Positions 63,090 to 64,000 of a DNA stretch of 64,000 nucleotides are shown here, in pieces. Both the position numbers and the translations under genes were made by a program. This DNA comes from Felis catus (Eukaryota): contig NC_058368.1 of assembly GCF_018350175.1 (NCBI RefSeq), forward strand, positions 70,186,001-70,250,000. The letters run 5' to 3'. Each line of letters opens with the position of its first letter. The stretch's first letter is position 1. The notes under the pieces are model-generated. The model ran no database searches. It was given only the letters and a program-made list of their open reading frames with translations, and was not told the DNA's origin.

Positions 63090-63300
63090 CAGGGGTTGGC
63101 GAACTTTTTCCATAAAGAGCCAGAGAGTAAATACTTCAGGCTTCGTCAGCTTTAGGGTGTCACAACAACTAAACTCTGATTCCGTAGCGCAAAAAGTAGC
63201 CAAAGACAATAACTAAACAAATGGGCACAGTGGCGTCAAAACTACAGAGAAACAGGCAACAGCCAGATCTGGCCCACCAGCCATCGTCTGCTGATTTACG
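63090..63300. mobile_element. MER58-like hAT MITE
   Basis: caggggttggcgaactttttcc...agagtaaatacttcaggctt; flanked by tcctagag and ctttagag, a hAT-type 8-bp TSD. Confidence 0.78.
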
Positions 63301-63709
63301 CTTTAGAGTTACCTTTACCTCTTAGCAGTCAGTCCCCTTTTCCCAATTTAATAATTCTTCATGTTAATTTTTCACTTGCAACTAACTCATGTTGTCTGTC
63401 TCTGGGCTGATACACACAACAGGTTTACATGTTCTTAAATGTACTTAATGATTATCTCCCACAAATTTGACTAACCTTAGACTGTTTTAAAGGTTTAATA
63501 AATAAAACCATAAAAATACTCATAGGTCAGTTTTGCCTGTTTATGATACACTTTTGTTAATCAGGTGGAGTACTGTGTTCTTCTGTCCGTCTCTTGGAAG
63601 TATGTAATGGAGCAGTGTAATGTTATGGCTGTCACAATTACCTTGCTTTTGTGTGTCACTGTGTAACTTGGACTGTGTTTTCACACAGATGATCACACTT
63701 AATCCACTG

Positions 63710-64000
63710 TGAAATTAATTAAATAAGGTGGCCCTGTGACTAAGGTAGCTGCACCGCCCTGGTGGCCTATGTAAGCAAGTCACATTCTAAGCCTGTGAAT
63801 GTCTCAAGGTTACAAAATCAAAATGCTAAAGACAACCAATCAGAGACAGCCAACTAAGCTTTAGGCTATAGCCAATCAAATAATTTCCTCTCTTTGCTTC
63901 CGCACATTTTTTCTACATGAGTCTCTCCAAATTCCTAACAATTCCTGACAACATCTGTTTTGGTGTCACCCAATTCAAAATGATTTTTGTCCAAATTCTA
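63710..64000 (+). mobile_element. Possible ERV LTR fragment
   Basis: Repeated CCAAT motifs (aaccaatcag, agccaatcaaataatttcct) typical of ERV1-class LTR U3; family not identified. Confidence 0.4.

Larger units (their letters stand above)
1..64000 (-). other. DOCK9: Internal portion of the DOCK9 gene (end of intron 1 through intron 15)
   Basis: 14 colinear minus-strand exons splice in frame to a peptide matching recalled DOCK9 (AKPKLIEPLDYENV...KLLADFR); no start or stop exon found in the window. Confidence 0.96.

Noticed and set aside
59897..64000. DOCK9 first exon or promoter
   Set aside because: No CpG island or matching N-terminal coding sequence; the region is repeat-rich intron

Overview
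Mammalian genomic DNA from a felid (cat family), judged by SINEC_Fc-type SINEs and L1_Fc-type LINE 3' ends. The window lies entirely inside the minus-strand gene DOCK9 (Zizimin1, a DOCK-D family Cdc42 GEF). I found 14 consecutive coding exons (human numbering about exons 2-15) from 59896 down to 5081. All have AG/GT boundaries and compatible phases, and they splice to 1583 nt (527 codons + 2 nt) with no stop. They cover the N-terminal region, the PH domain and the segment leading towards DHR-1. Exon 1 and exons 16 onward were not found and presumably lie outside the window. The introns hold about 20 carnivore SINEs, young and old L1 fragments, HAL1, L2, MIR, MaLR/ERV LTRs, hAT MITEs and microsatellites. 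Nearly all non-exonic ORFs in the supplied track are repeat-derived or chance ORFs. I see no evidence for a new gene or a new biological system. The most interesting items are: (1) a SINE and an L1 inserted at the same target site, leaving three TSD copies (1804-3165); (2) an 18-bp TSD-like scar enclosing only 8 nt (31963-32006); (3) inverted SINEs bracketing in-frame, stop-free exon blocks (circRNA or skipping candidates); (4) a NAGNAG acceptor; (5) a few non-B-DNA motifs. Repeat subfamily names and comparisons with human DOCK9 are from memory, not from database searches, and boundaries of old repeats are approximate.
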